Of a stretch of DNA of 64,000 nt, positions 39,371 through 54,333 are shown one piece after another. The notes below the pieces were generated by a model. It saw nothing but the letters and a program-made list of their open reading frames with translations. It was not told where the DNA came from and made no database searches. Source of the DNA: Octopus bimaculoides (Eukaryota); assembly GCF_001194135.2 (NCBI RefSeq), contig NC_068999.1, positions 16,111,949 through 16,175,948 of the forward strand. The letters are read 5' to 3'. Within the stretch, counting starts at the first letter, position 1. Every line of letters starts with the position of its first letter. Position numbers and translations under genes: made by a program.

Positions 39371-39448
39371 NNNNNNNNNNNNNNNNNNNNNNNNNNNNNN
39401 NNNNNNNNNNNNNNNNNNNNNNNNNNNNNNNNNNNNNNNNNNNNNNNN

Positions 39449-39531
<83 letters not shown>

Positions 39532-39670
39532 ATATATAAACATACATACATATATACATACATTCACACATACACACACACATACATACATATATACATA
39601 CATGCATACATACATACATACATACATACATACATACATACACATGGATATGAATGTATGTGTATGTCTG
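39230..39670. repeat. Large compound TA/TG/CATA microsatellite complex with gap
   Basis: Direct inspection; gap 39371-39448. Confidence 0.92.
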
Positions 39671-40605
39671 TTTGTGTTTTTGTAATAACATGAGCTTTGA
39701 TATAAAATTTTTGAGAACCAAATTATTTCGTACAAAAAGGATTTATAAAGTTTTGTTCGCGAAAGTTAAGAATATTTTTTTTTCTCTAGACATACGTGCG
39801 CATATACATGCGTGTGCTGGGAGGTGGATTCGTGCTCGTGCATATGTTAGCATTTGTTTGTGTGTGTCTGTGTATCGGTATGAGACTGTATCTAGCTATG
39901 GTCTTTATGGGTGTGCCTGTGATTTGTATATCAAAACAGTGCAGAAAGTTAATTGCCAAGAGGGTTATACGACGAACGAACAATTTTGAACACGTTACAG
40001 AAGCATGTATGTTGTATATAATAAGATTTTCTTATATCCATTCCAAGATACCATGGTTTTAGTATGTTATTACAATCAAACTTAGAAACACACACTCCTC
40101 TATCTTTCACTGATAACATTTATAACACGCGGATTGCAAAGTCAGAATTTTCAATTTAATAAAATCGTGTGATCTTGCAAATTTAATCGAGACAGATCTT
40201 AGAAAATCTAATATAAGCAGAAGCTCTCCTAAATTTTAGAATTTTAGAAAAGCGAGAAATCTTGTACGCTTTCTTGATTTCCTTTGTGACAGTTATAGTT
40301 TTGTGATCTCCTTGTTGTTGGTATTGTTTTTTTTTATTAGTATTTTGTTTTCTTTTTGTTATTATATGTATATATATGTATATTGGTTTCTAGTTAATAT
40401 TTTATTTTTCTAATAACTTTTTCAGCAGGTTTGATATTTTCAATTCTGTTTCATATTTTCATATTTTAATATATACACGTGCCTGTGTATCAAATATTAA
40501 CGTATTCATCTATACAATAATATGCATGTATATATGTATACATGTATGGGTATATGTATTTATATATCTAAACACGCATTCGAATATGTATATGTACACA
40601 TGCAC

Positions 40606-40681
<76 letters not shown>

Positions 40682-42881
40682 NNNNNNNNNNNNNNNNNNN
40701 NNNNNNNNNNNNNNNNNNNNNNNNNNNNNNNNNNNNNNNNNNNNNNNNNNNNNNNNNNNNNNNNNNNNNNNNNNNNNNNNNNNNNNNNNNNNNNNNNNNN
40801 NNNNNNNNNNNNNNNNNNNNNNNNNNNNNNNNNNNNNNNNNNNNNNNNNNNNNNNNNNNNNNNNNNNATATATACATAAATACTTATACATACATGTATG
40901 TATATATATATATATGCATGTTTTCTAAATTTCTGTCCTTACTTTGAAGCAATTTTAATTGTAACCCATAGAAAATTACTTTTATGCAGACTGATTGCTG
41001 CAAATGAAATTAAATTTATTGCAAAATCCACATTGATTGCCACTTAAAGTTTCGCCTGATGTCTTCTCAACCAATGTTTTTCATATACCATGAGACGAAA
41101 CTTCACGAGAGTTCTTGCATTAGGAGTGTTTGAATAAATAATTTGTAGCTATACCGAATATGTTCCGTTCATGCAGTGTTGAATGGAGAATGACTCCATA
41201 AGTATTAAAGACACAAAGATGTTTCAGTTTAGTTGGGCCCTTTCACTGTTTGTTCTACATGATATGTAGCTTTTCGTAAATATTTATGAGTATGATTTCT
41301 ACAACATTTCATTTATGCAAGTTACTTTAAGGGAATAATATTGATCATGATTTCAATTATACTAGCAACGTTACATAAATATATCCAGAGAAATCCGTCT
41401 AAATTTCTGCTTTAAATGATTCGACACTTTTGGTATATTACTAAACGTGCTACGCTGTATATAACAAAGAATAAAATGGACTATGCGATTTGCCAGGTCG
41501 ATGATGAAGGCTTCAAGTGTGAACAATTTTTTTGTATAGTTTTATGCCTAAAGCGGTACAATATATTCAATACCCCTGTTCTTTAGTACAGTGTAATCGG
41601 ACAGATAATCATGGCACGTAGAACGAGTTCCTATGCACATATGGCATGTGTTAAAGAATTACTGTATACTTCAGAGTTAGGCAAAACGAAATCGCCTCAG
41701 AGCTGAAGACAATAGCGGCCGATATGTGTTGTGCTGGAGTTGTATAAATGTGAAGATGAAATCGAAGTGTCTAATCCGACGTTATACAAATGTAAAAAAA
41801 AAAACAACCTATTCGATAGTTTGCAATTTGCTACCTGCAAAAGTACAATCAATTCATATTATGCAATAGAACAGCAGCACAATTTAAACATTACGATACC
41901 AAATACTTGACGTGTGTTTTGCTGTTTAAAAGCCAGAAGCAGACGTTTACAGTCAGGGGAAAATTCATTTAAGAACCTATAGAATTGTCTGCATCCAGCC
42001 TCTATATACGACGATCTACACACAAGATATGCGCTCTACTCAAGCAATAGTAAGCGGCACGTTTTCAAGATGCATCACATTCGAGCAAAGCTTGTAAGCT
42101 GATCTTGCAAAATAAACATTCAACCGACAACCTTAGGCGAGAGTGACTTGGTAAAATACAGCATCATACATTTCCTACAAGTTTTATGTCTCTTTACACT
42201 CGCAAGGAGACATAGACAAACTCTTGTTCGCTCTCAATTGATACGTCTCAACGTCTAAGNNNNNNNNNNNNNNNNNNNNNNNNNNNNNNNNNNNNNNNNN
42301 NNNNNNNNNNNNNNNNNNNNNNNNNNNNNNNNNNNNNNNNNNNNNNNNNNNNNNNNNNNNNNNNNNNNNNNNNNNNNNNNNNNNNNNNNNNNNNNNNNNN
42401 NNNNNNNNNNNNNNNNNNNNNNNNNNNNNNNNNNNNNNNNNNNNNNNNNNNNNNNNNNNNNNNNNNNNNNNNNNNNNNNNNNNNNNNNNNNNNNNNNNNN
42501 NNNNNNNNNNNNNNNNNNNNNNNNNNNNNNNNNNNNNNNNNNNNNNNNNNNNNNNNNNNNNNNNNNNNNNNNNNNNNNNNNNNNNNNNNNNNNNNNNNNN
42601 NNNNNNNNNNNNNNNNNNNNNNNNNNNNNNNNNNNNNNNNNNNNNNNNNNNNNNNNNNNNNNNNNNNNNNNNNNNNNNNNNNNNNNNNNNNNNNNNNNNN
42701 NNNNNNNNNNNNNNNNNNNNNNNNNNNNNNNNNNNNNNNNNNNNNNNNNNNNNNNNNNNNNNNNNNNNNNNNNNNNNNNNNNNNNNNNNNNNNNNNNNNN
42801 NNNNNNNNNNNNNNNNNNNNNNNNNNNNNNNNNNNNNNNNNNNNNNNNNNNNNNNNNNNNNNNNNNNNNNNNNNNNNNNNN

Positions 42882-42951
<70 letters not shown>

Positions 42952-43842
42952 TACAGTGTTCGATTGCAAGCTGTACTAGTAATGCATTTTTGTTATTGAT
43001 GAGAATATAGCGTGGTTCAAGTTGGTCCATACAACGTGTGCTAAAAATATGAAAAAAAGAAAAAAAGAACCTTCCAAGTTAAAGTCAGTACATTAGTAAT
43101 GCATAATAATATCATTTAATTCCAAATCTTATTATGTTCGTGAGAGATGTGTCTGGCACTTCATAAACTATTTTCTCTTAAACAATACACAATCATATGA
43201 GATGTACTTGCGTTTCGTATGGTTTTCTCTTATCATTTTTCTTATTTCACTAATGGTGATGGTGTCGGGATAGTGGTGAGCGGTTAGATAATTGTATGTT
43301 TGTGTCTGTTTCTGCTTCGTCTCTTATCTCTTTCATTTTGGTTTTCTTTCTTTTTTCCTGGTGTTTTATCTTATAATGCTATTGTTGTTAGTCTTTTAAA
43401 TTACATTTGAAATTAATGTTTCAGAAGCTAGTACCATTAAAATGACGAAGTTTAGAATTTAAAATTAAAGACATATAGAAATGAATTTTATATATATANN
43501 NNNNNNNNNNNNNNNNNNNNNNNNNNNNNNNNNNNNNNNNNNNNNNNNNNNNNNNNNNNNNNNNNNNNNNNNNNNNNNNNNNNNNNNNNNNNNNNNNNNN
43601 NNNNNNNNNNNNNNNNNNTTTTAATATTATATCGTTGCTATGTTTCAACTGCTTTCGTCGGTATTTAAATTGCAGACTGGGATGGTGGTCGCTACTTTAA
43701 TGTGTAGTTAGACTTAGTTAAATAAAAAATATGAAATACAATTTCTTTTATCCTTCAAATCTGTAGTTTACATGTTTTATGAGTTTCTAATACATATTTC
43801 TACGTTGCACGAACGTTTCTATATGTTTGCGCGATTTACATA

Positions 43843-43881
<39 letters not shown>

Positions 43882-45226
43882 GCGCGCGCGCACATACACG
43901 CATACACGCACGCACAACATATCACTGATGTGTATTAAAGATAATGGCAATTCTTTTATAGGCTCTAAGATCTCATCATAGAATTTTCACAGAAGATGAC
44001 AAATTGCAACGCATACATTAATGTAATCCAAAACAATTTTGTCTTAAAATGAATCAAGGTGGTCATACGAGTTACTATTGAGATCAGAGTTAAGCTCAAT
44101 CAAACCAAGACTTACACGACCACGACAACGCCAATAAAGTTAATGACAACGATGTTTTATAGGTTAGTCTCAAAGAATGTATTCTACTCCTCTCTATATT
44201 TTAGAAGTATCGACTGGATTCCATTCAAATCGCCCCTTACCATCTCAGAAGCACGAGGTGCTAGAATTTTGTTTTTAGTTGTAGTCAGTGTTCATCACTG
44301 GAATACCTTTGTTGATTGGTTTGCTCGGTCACTGAGGGACAGTGGGTAAACTGCAAAAATAACAGGAGCAGCATATTAGCTTTCAAGTAATCTATAAAGT
44401 CCGGTTTTCCTTCACAAAATTTTCTCATTCATCGGATTTAATCACAGTTGGTCAATAACCGCAATTCTCCAGTATACACCCATATCTGATATACACCAAG
44501 AAACTGTTGTTTATCAACTTTACTGAATGATGACTGATGTAACTCCGACAATGAACAGCTAGATTGTCAAGCCGAGAAGAGAAGCCGCTTCGTGTCGTTA
44601 GCAAGTGTTACATTAACTTGCACGATGATCTCCTTCAAGTCATAACTTGCCATTATTTTAAAGATAAGAACTGTTTTAGGTAAGTAGACAAATCTCCGTT
44701 GGTTTCTCATATGAGAATTGCAACGGTTCGATTTGCTTAACAACCAATCTTATTGAATCACTGTGTAAGTAGCTTAGTATATGGTAGATTAACGTAAGCA
44801 TTACTTAAATCCAATCCAGGATCTGTCTAATGCACTGTTTGTCAATGTGGAATCACAAGTACAGTTCATTCGACTGGTCTCCACACAATTTTCGACTACT
44901 CAAAATCGCCGGGCGAAAAACAAGAAAAAAAAAAACAGGCTAGATGGTCATTAATGGAATGTCTGTGACCATAGTTATGTTCGAGCAGAAACGACGTGGG
45001 ATTAAACAGAGAAGATAATGATGACGATGTGGTATTTTCCCGCGCTTTTTTTATAATTCCCGTACTTGTCTTTACCATAAACGTGGTTCTGCTTTACAGG
45101 ATTTGGCCCTTGGCAATGGTCGCAATGCTTTATCATATCTCGACGTTGTTTATATGTTATAACTATTGATAAGAATAAAAATGCACACACATGCAATATG
45201 AAGATGATCTCCGCATTGATAAAATT

Positions 45227-45385
45227 GTGTGGCTGTGTGATATGAAGCTGGCTTCCCAACCACGTAGTTCTGGGTTCAGTTCTACTGCCAGCGTCTTCTA
45301 CTATAGCCTCGAGCCGACCAAAGCCCTGTAAGTAGATTTGGCAGACGGAAGCTGAAAGAAGCACGTCGTATATATCTAGAGAGAG

Positions 45386-45416
<31 letters not shown>

Positions 45417-45580
45417 TGTATGTTTGTATCTATGTATGCATATATTTGCGTGTGTACCTGTGTCTGTCCCCATTCATCGCTTGATAACAAATGTTGGTAT
45501 TTTTACTTCTCCATACTTTAGCGGCAAAAGAGACTGATAGAATAAGTACTAGGCTGAAACAAGTAAAAGAATAAAAGAAT
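45227..45580 (+). mobile_element. SINE family A with an internal 3' deletion
   Basis: Colinear with 12689-13128, but GTACTAGGCT joins directly to GAAACAAGTAAAAG, missing about 70 bp. Internal (TATG)n. Confidence 0.9.
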
Positions 45581-45775
45581 GAAAAGCGAACTACAAGTGT
45601 CAAGGTTGATCTTATATTTTGTGAGCACAGCACATCGTTGTCTTCTTTGCTTTCATTCATTCGACAAAATAAATACTGGCCAAATATGGATTTGGAAGTT
45701 ATTAATTAATAGTCTGCTGCCCCGAAATATCTGGTCCTGAACCCATGTAAAGAGATTATTATAACGATTGACTTT

Positions 45776-45965
45776 AAGACGGCGAACTGGCCGAATCATT
45801 ACTGAGCCGAATAAAATGCTTAGCGGCATTTTTCCGGCCTTATGTTCTGATTTCAATCTTTTCAACGTAGATAAAATATATGTCATTTGAGTATTGGGGT
45901 GCTGAAGTCTACTAGTTCCCTCGCCCCATATTTCAGGCCTTGTGCTTCTAGAAGTAAAGATTAAT
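45776..45965 (+). mobile_element. SINE family B, diverged
   Basis: GACGGCGAACTGGCCGAATC...AAAATGCTTAGCGGCATTT...CAGGCCTTGTGC. Confidence 0.75.
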
Positions 45966-48246
45966 ATGAGTCACTTTGTATGAATTATCATTTACTAAAC
46001 CAGCGCTTCACATAGTATATATTACTATCTTTATACCTTCGTTACCACTTATTAATTATCTGTCTTCGTAGGAAAGTGTTAATAACTGAGTCTAATTGTA
46101 ATATTTATGTGTCTTCATTTGATGACACCTCATATGTTAGGAAGAGAGACCAATCTAATATACCCTTAGCCTTCTAATGACATTGGATATCATTAGTGGC
46201 TAACCGAGTTTTTCTGGTATCAATGTATCTTTCTGATTAAGATTACTCCTTCTACTATCATACACCCTTGGGGATGCACATGTCACCGCCGTTCGTGCCA
46301 GAAACACTGTATAATCAATAAGTGTTATTGTCTTTCCTTTCTCGTTTGAAATTCCCCTATGGGCAAAACAAGTGTATCTAAGAAGAACTGTTAAGAAAAC
46401 GAAAAATAATTGGCTGTCGTAAAATATATGAGATGAGAAGATTAAGAGAATGAATCGACGTTGCAATGCTGATATATCTAAAAACATAATCAGATATTTT
46501 GTGTTTGACATAAGACGGAGATCAAAATAACAAAATATGGTACCACTTTCTACGTGGAAGGAGAGTAAAAAAAAAGAAAATGATTTACAGTGCTGCGTTC
46601 GAAATGTAAGTGGATAAAATCCAGATATTGGGACACATGTATAACAGGAAAAAAGTGAATCTTGTATTTTGTAAGTTCATAAGAGTGCAACTGATATAAA
46701 ATTACACTTTTCCTCCTGAGGCTTAAACTATTTAATTTCATGTGGATATTAGAGATTTCGCCAACGGGTGAGGTTTCGTATTTAAATGTAGGCAAAATTT
46801 CGCTCGGATTAACAATTAAATCCCAGCCAATCATCTTGAAAAGGGGAATGAAATGTTACATACTATAAACCCTTTTCCAAGATATTGATGGCGTCAGAAT
46901 ATGAATCTATTTAAAAATGAATGTATTTTAAGCGGGAGCCAATGAGCAAGAAATATTTTATGTCAAAAATGAATATAGAGAAAAGAAAAAAAAATGATAG
47001 ACGGAAATTTATACATAGCATCTGAAAACATTTTCCTCCGACATTTGAATAGATTATTAATTGTCTGTCTATTATTTTATACTTAAAATTGAAAAATCTT
47101 TGTCTGATCAGTTGTGTGTATATTTTCTTCAATAATGTGGTTCATATTTTTAACATGGTTGAGTTGTTCGGCAGCACTAACATCAAATGTTGTCTTCGTT
47201 ACATTCTGGCATTTAAAATGAAATCTGTTTATACGCAAACAGTGACTAAATGATTAAGTACTTTTTTTTTAAATGTCTAGTGATAGAAATTAACAGCCGT
47301 TAATAATAGAAATATAACACAGACAAATTAAGAAGAACAAAAAAAAATCAGGCCATAAATTCTGGTACGCATCAAAAACTGGATCTTGGTGTTGAATTGC
47401 GATTATTTTATCGAACTTGGAAAGATGAAAAATAAATTCGACCTGTTTACTATTTTAACACAGATCGTTAGAGGCAACTAGGTAAACATCAACAACAAGC
47501 AAAATAGCTTAGTGTAACACTCACTACCATATATGGTTAAGGCTGTAAATATAAGGATCACGCGGAAAAAAAAAAGAACTAACGATGCAAGAGGAAGGCT
47601 ATTGCATGTCATTATTCTAATGGATTTACCCCAAACATATGATGTTCGGGGCAAACGCTCCATGACAAAACACAAGAACAATATTTTGAAAGAATCAACT
47701 TGTCAATAGTATCTATCTCTTTAGCTATCTATCTATTTAGCTATCTATCTATTTGTTAATATGTATGTCTTTCTGCATATATACACACACGAACGCTCGC
47801 ACGCACATGCATACACACATACACACACACACATACACACATACATATAAGTTGTGTTTACGTACATAGTTCAATATATATAGGAAGTTATATATGTCTG
47901 TGATAGCAATTTGACATTGCAAATGTTAAAGTCAAAGTCGGCTTTGGCAGAATTTAAATTCCGCTCCGAACTTAAATGAATTCCACCAGATAATACGTTA
48001 TTTAAAACGGTGGCCTGGAATTTCTACTAAGTGGCCACCTCCTACGTATCTTAAATTAAGTATGAATTTGATAAATCTAACCTCCCATTCTCCTTCTTTC
48101 ACACACACACACACACACGTTCGCACGCACATACATGTATAGGTATGTATGTATACACATATGTATTTATCAGCAAATATAGTAACAAGTGGACACACAT
48201 ATAAGTATATATATCCACATGTATATGTATCTGGGTAGAGTATGTT

Positions 48247-48284
<38 letters not shown>

Positions 48285-48554
48285 CACATATGTACGCGTG
48301 TAAATGGTTGTAGCTGTACCAAATTAGTGATAGCTCGCTCCTCTAAATTTGATATTGGCAAGCGATCAATTACGCTGAACGTCTCCTATATAAGTCACTT
48401 GAATATGTATGCAATAGAAATCATGTAAAAAGTTGATGATTGTCTCTTCGAACTTAATGAATTGAACCTGCTCGTCGTATAACTAAGTAGACATGTGTGT
48501 TTATGTGTTCATATGTTTATGTGTGTGTGTGCACGTGTGTATGTGTGCGTGCAT

Positions 48555-48599
<45 letters not shown>

Positions 48600-48746
48600 A
48601 ATGTGCATGATTGCCTATGTGTTTAAATGATTATAGATGCCAAGTGATTGCCTCGCTGAGCTTAATATTTGTGCGGATAAAATTTCGTGTGACTATCGTT
48701 CTGTAATATGCTGTGCGTGTGTTTTTGCAGCATGTATTTGACAATA

Positions 48747-48759
48747 CCAGTAGATGGCA
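48747..48759 (+). promoter_or_regulatory. Candidate CTCF-binding motif
   Basis: CCAGTAGATGGCA matches the CTCF core CCASYAGRKGGCR and lies outside recognised repeats. Motif match only. Confidence 0.3.
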
Positions 48760-49270
48760 ATTGATTCATAGTAATCAAAGATAGGAAGCAATACGTTATT
48801 GGCCTCTAAAGCGCTGTCTAAATAATATCAGATCAAATTATATATACTTCTTCGTTCTCGCCGTATTCGACAACGTTGTAACTAAAATAGATTGTAGTCA
48901 ATCTTATATGATTCCTACAGAATTTTCATTTTACACTCTGTAATTCTTCCTGCATTGCAAATATCCTTTGCAATCGTTAAATAGAACGCCATTGTTGGCT
49001 ACAATGCATGTCGGAATGTTTAATAAAGAGCACGTTTACGTGGGGCTGCATGGTAACCTGTTCATATTATCCGGTAAGGTTAGGATATGAAGTGTGTCTA
49101 CGAGTGGGGAGGGAATACTATTTTTCGCAATTTCGCTTAGTTTCGCTAGCAACGCTAATACCATTAGAAAATGAAAGCCTATAATCTTATGCCATTGGAT
49201 AATTGTGTTTCCTTCAGTTTGTCATGGAGGTGAAACCCGGTGATGGATATTTCGTATCTCGAACTTCCAC

Positions 49271-49493
49271 TTCTCTTATTCTTTCACTTGTTTCAGTTAT
49301 TTTGATTGTGGCCATGTTGGAGCATCGCCCCTTACTCGAAGAAATCGATCCCTGGGCTTATTCTTTGCAAGCCTCGTACTTAGTCTATTGGTCTCTTTTG
49401 CCGAACCGCTAGTGGTTTCGGGGACGTAAACACACTAACACCGGTTGTCAAGTGATGGTGGAAGGTCAAACACAGACACAAATAATATATATA
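49271..49493 (-). mobile_element. SINE family A 3' half, running into a gap at its internal microsatellite
   Basis: CTTGTTTCAGTT...GGCCATGTTGGAGCATCGCC...TTTGCCGAACCGCTAG...CCGGTTGTCAAG is the reverse complement of the A 3' half. Confidence 0.88.
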
Positions 49494-51269
49494 NNNNNNN
49501 NNNNNNNNNNNNNNNNNNNNNNNNNNNNNNNNNNNNNNNNNNNNNNNNNNNNNNNNNNNNNNNNNNNNNNNNNNNNNNNNNNNNNNNNNNNNNNNNNNNN
49601 NNNNNNNNNNNNNNNNNNNNNNNNNNNNNNNNNNNNNNNNNNNNNNNNNNNNNNNNNNNNNNNNNNNNNNNNNNNNNNNNNNNNNNNNNNNNNNNNNNNN
49701 NNNNNNNNNNNNNNNNNNNNNNNNNNNNNNNNNNNNNNNNNNNNNNNNNNNNNNNNNNNNNNNNNNNNNNNNNNNNNNNNNNNNNNNNNNNNNNNNNNNN
49801 NNNNNNNNNNNNNNNNNNNNNNNNNNNNNNNNNNNNNNNNNNNNNNNNNNNNNNNNNNNNNNNNNNNNNNNNNNNNNNNNNNNNNNNNNNNNNNNNNNNN
49901 NNNNNNNNNNNNNNNNNNNNNNNNNNNNNNNNNNNNNNNNNNNNNNNNNNNNNNNNNNNNNNNNNNNNNNNNNNNNNNNNNNNNNNNNNNNNNNNNNNNN
50001 NNNNNNNNNNNNNNNNNNNNNNNNNNNNNNNNNNNNNNNNNNNNNNNNNNNNNNNNNNNNNNNNNNNNNNNNNNNNNNNNNNNNNNNNNNNNNNNNNNNN
50101 NNNNNNNNNNNNNNNNNNNNNNNNNNNNNNNNNNNNNNNNNNNNNNNNNNNNNNNNNNNNNNNNNNNNNNNNNNNNNNNNNNNNNNNNNNNNNNNNNNNN
50201 NNNNNNNNNNNNNNNNNNNNNNNNNNNNNNNNNNNNNNNNNNNNNNNNNNNNNNNNNNNNNNNNNNNNNNNNNNNNNNNNTATATATATATATATAAACA
50301 TGCACACAAAAACGTGCGCGCACATACACGCACGCACGCACACTCGCTTACACATATAGATATATATATATATATATATGAGAGGAAAAGTTGTATTACT
50401 GACAAGATATATACCTGTAAGTCATGCAAGATTTCTGCTTAAGCAAATAAGCATATTATGCCCTAATACAAAGTCCTGTTTGTTAATGCTGTTTACTATC
50501 TGCATTTTGGAAAATTCCTGTTCAGAATGCCGACATGGGAAATGTTGGGTTCGGTTTATCTGTTTCATGGAAGAATCGTTGTATGCCTCATCGTTTCACG
50601 TAACTTTTTTTCTTCAAATAATAGAGAGACGAAAACAATTTGATATCAGTTCGCAGGCAAGCTCAGAACGTTCAGATACGAAAATAATAAAGCAATGCTA
50701 TCTTTATATCCAAGCCAACATGGTATTGTCCTGTTAGAACACCGAATGCTGCATCGTTAGCTGTGAGACAACCACTGATATAGGTGGTTGGAGCAAAGAA
50801 ACACATACATAGATTGTAATTCTCGTCTGCTACGATTTATGTGTGCTTTTATATACCAAGCTCCTCTAACGGCTAATAACGCACTATTAAGTGTTCTTAT
50901 AAGTTATCCACTTGAAGATTACCGTTTAGTTGTAATATTATTCCGGAACTAATACTTAATTTTCAGTAACACAATGGCTTTTGCTCTACTCTAACAATTT
51001 CCGTTAGTTCAACGCCCTAGAATGTTATTTTATTTCGTCGTCCTCAAATGGCTGTTTGTCCCCATATTCATATATATATATATATATATATGTATACGCC
51101 CATACATACTTTTATTCCTATATATCATAATGCATGCATATTTACATATATATATATACATATATATGTGTGTGTGTATCTGTGTGTTTGTCTCTGTGTG
51201 TCTGCGTATGTGTCTGTGTATGTGTCTGTGTGCGTGTATTTGGGATTTCCGTGTATGCTTGCATTTGAT

Positions 51270-51450
51270 CGTTGTTGTTTGACAACTGGTTTAGGTTTGT
51301 ATACGTCTCTGTGTACAAGAGTCCCTTAATTAGATTTCGACAGAATAATCATTAGACTTAAAACTCGCACCATGGTCGATTTGATGGACCGAAATCCCCT
51401 TCAATACGGCGCCCCAGTATGGGCGTACACCACCGAGTGAAACAAACAAA
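51270..51450 (+). mobile_element. SINE family A 3' half, degenerate, downstream of a TG/TA tract
   Basis: TTGACAACTGG...GGTCGATTTG...ACGGCGCCCCAGTATGG...GTGAAACAAAC. Confidence 0.65.
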
Positions 51451-52474
51451 CGAATGAATTAATATATGTATAAATGTGTTTATATAGGTATGGATGGCTG
51501 AAAATGTGTAACTAGTTCATTTTTCACTTCAGCTAATACTGCAAGTGAGAATAAAAAAAAAAGTAATGAACGATTCTTCAGCCATTATCTTCATTCTGTA
51601 ATATCAATAGCCTTAATCAAGCGTCGATTGATAAAGATGATCACAAAAGTTCAATTATTTGAGTGTATTTATCGCACTACAAAATAAGGACAAATAACGA
51701 CTTGGTTTTCTATTTTTTCAATGACAGACAGTAAATACGTAGTATTTTCTCGCATACAAGTGAAATTCATCATTAGACACACAAATATCTCAGTGGGTAA
51801 CATATTAAACAAAACGCCATCGAATGCATAAATCATAACATTTACATAAGTCTAACGTCGTATGTCTAGTCAATAATTTCTCCTAAATATATCGGTTCTC
51901 CAATCTATGGGGATTCGGTTCCAGATATTGTTTGTGTGTTGCTTTAGATGCTTCAGATGCAATACTCGGTGTGGTATTCGTTAATTTCTCATTCATTTCA
52001 CAATATTAAACACGGATATGTGGATAATAATCGCTAACTGTAATGGTTCTTGAACACATAGCGGTCGTAATTATTTGTTTCTATGGGTCTATATATTTAT
52101 TTATTCAACCGCCAATTTTTCTGATGGGCTGACCTTATGTACGATTTCACTACCTCAGTTATGTTACAAAAACAAAACTGACAAATACGCCGGAATTTAA
52201 TAAACAGATAAAAATCTTGTTACTGTGAGCTTTGTAGAGAATGCTGTCCAGCACAATCAAACATTACTCTGTGTGAAAATTAGGAATTAACTTGTATTGA
52301 CAGGTAAATCAGGCTAGACGAAAATATTTTGTATTATCAAGATACATAGAGTGTAAGAGAAATATTAATTTAGAGCTCTGCAGAGATTATTGTCCACTTC
52401 ACTGTCAGTGTATAACCTAACAATATGATGTAGCTATGGCTATTTGGGTAAAACTTATGCTATAGTATAGTACT

Positions 52475-52831
52475 GGAGGCGCAATGGCCCAGTGGTTAGG
52501 GCAGAGGACTCGCGGTCATTGGATCGAGGTTTCGATTCCCAAACCGGGCGTTGTGAGTGTTTATTGAGCGGAAACACCTAAAGCTCCACGAGGCTCGGGC
52601 AGGGGATGGTGGCGAACCCTGCTGTACTCTTTCACCACAAATTTTCTCCCTCTTACTTCCTGTTTCTGCTATCCCTGTAATTCAAAGGGTCAGCCTTGAC
52701 ACAGTGTGTCAAGCTAAATATCCCCGAGAACTACGTTAAGGGTACACGTGACTGTGGAGTGCTCAGCCACTTGCCCGTTACTTTCACGAGCAGGCTGTTC
52801 CGTTGATCGGATCAAGCGACGGAGTGCCAAC
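52475..52831 (+). mobile_element. tRNA-derived SINE family C, full length, 11-bp TSD
   Basis: A-box TGGCCCAGTGG and B-box GTTTCGATTCC. AGTATAGTACT flanks both ends (52464-52474 and 52832-52842). Confidence 0.95.
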
Positions 52832-53774
52832 AGTATAGTACTATACCAAAGTTTCTGCCCCATTATGCTGTATTTGACCGAGTTTTGAGTGAAATTACGC
52901 AGGTCATTGGACTCAGTTTGTCGAAGGTTTAACAACATAATCTCGTGTGTGGGGAATGATGGTGTTGTTGTTGGTGGTGGTGGTGTGGGTGTGTGTGTGT
53001 GTGTGTGTGCGTATTTAATCAGGGCTTATAAAAAATCGTGCCTCGTCCTCAGGTTTCCTACGCTAATTTTATAGGTGCCCCTTTCCTTACTCATATAACT
53101 CAGATAAAATAGAAAAAGGGGACTACTGTTAATGAACTGCCAGATATTCTCTCCGGCCATACCCTAACTCTCTTTAAAAGGGACAAGAAAGCATCCAACA
53201 GTGTGTAGCCCTCATAAAAGACGTGAGTGGTACGGTGGGAATGAACAGATCATAGTTTTACAAGATCAGATTTAATCTGGAGTTACACAACTACAACAGC
53301 AACAACAACAACGACAGCAATAACAATAACAACAACAACAACATCAGCATACCTATAGCTAACTCGTGTACACAATGTAGGAGTTTCTAATATTAATAAA
53401 TCAAACATCATATGAACCCTGAACAATAAGCAGGAGTTTGGCCGTATTGATTACATGTCACTATTTTTTATCGCTTGTAGCTTGCAATAACGCTACCGAA
53501 GGAAATCGATAAATCAAGAATCATTAAGTTAGCACTTTATATTGATCACTTAAAAATCAGTAGGAAGGAATGACAAGTAAGTGTAGGGTCTCTTGTCCAA
53601 TATTACAACGTCCGATATTACATTACGGTTAGCTCATGAATCCTAAGACAAACATGGCAACGAGGTTAAAAGTTTTACTATGCTACTCCGTAGCTCTAGG
53701 TTCGAGCCCACTGCGCGGCAGATTATTCAAGTATTTATATGATAGCCACGAACCAATACATTTTTTTAAAAAAT

Positions 53775-53910
53775 CACTTTGCAGCTATGTGGTACCGGGT
53801 TCAATCCCACAGCGTGGCACCGTAGGCAAGTGTCTGCTACTATATTCACGAGTCGACCAGTACCTTATGAGAGAATTTCATGGACAGAAACCGTGAAGAA
53901 GCTCGCAGGA
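53775..53910 (+). mobile_element. SINE family A 5' half ending in CA and (ATAG)n tracts
   Basis: GGTACCGGGTTCAATCCCACAGCGTGGCACCGTAGGCAAGTGTCTGCTACTATA...GAAGAAGCTCG. Confidence 0.8.
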
Positions 53911-53954
53911 CACACACACCCACACACACACACACACACATACATACACGCATA

Positions 53955-53955
53955 C

Positions 53956-53988
<33 letters not shown>

Positions 53989-54058
53989 TATAAATAGATA
54001 GATAGATAGAAAGATAGATAGATAGATATAGAGAGAGAGATAGAGAGATAGATAGATA
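53955..54058. repeat. (ATAG)n microsatellite
   Basis: Direct inspection. Confidence 0.95.
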
Positions 54059-54333
54059 TGAAGGGAAATTGAGAGAAGGTAAGAAAATGGGAAAGTTTTA
54101 TAACTTGCAACATATGGTCTGCTAGAAATAGCTGCCAGTTCGACCCTACATCAAAACCTGCTCCCTTAAAATAAAAGACAGAAAAGTTATCGTCAAGTAA
54201 TATAGCTCTAAGGCAAAGCGAGACTGTTGAGGAAGAAAATTGTTAGATGACAGTTGTTCAGGGCTTAAACTACAGTATTCCATTTAGCAACTTCTGTAGA
54301 TAATGTGTGATTTTCCCTTATATTGTGTATCAT

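Noticed and set aside
45100-45200. Good splice acceptor followed by FGPWQWSQC (thrombospondin-repeat-like)
   Set aside because: The downstream CS.TC and Arg motifs of TSP1 are absent, and no plausible donor site follows.
52475-52550. tRNA gene candidates at SINE heads (also 26850-26906, 37058-37120, 30740-30810)
   Set aside because: A/B boxes are present, but acceptor and T stems are broken and each continues into a repeat body, so these are SINE heads rather than tRNA genes.
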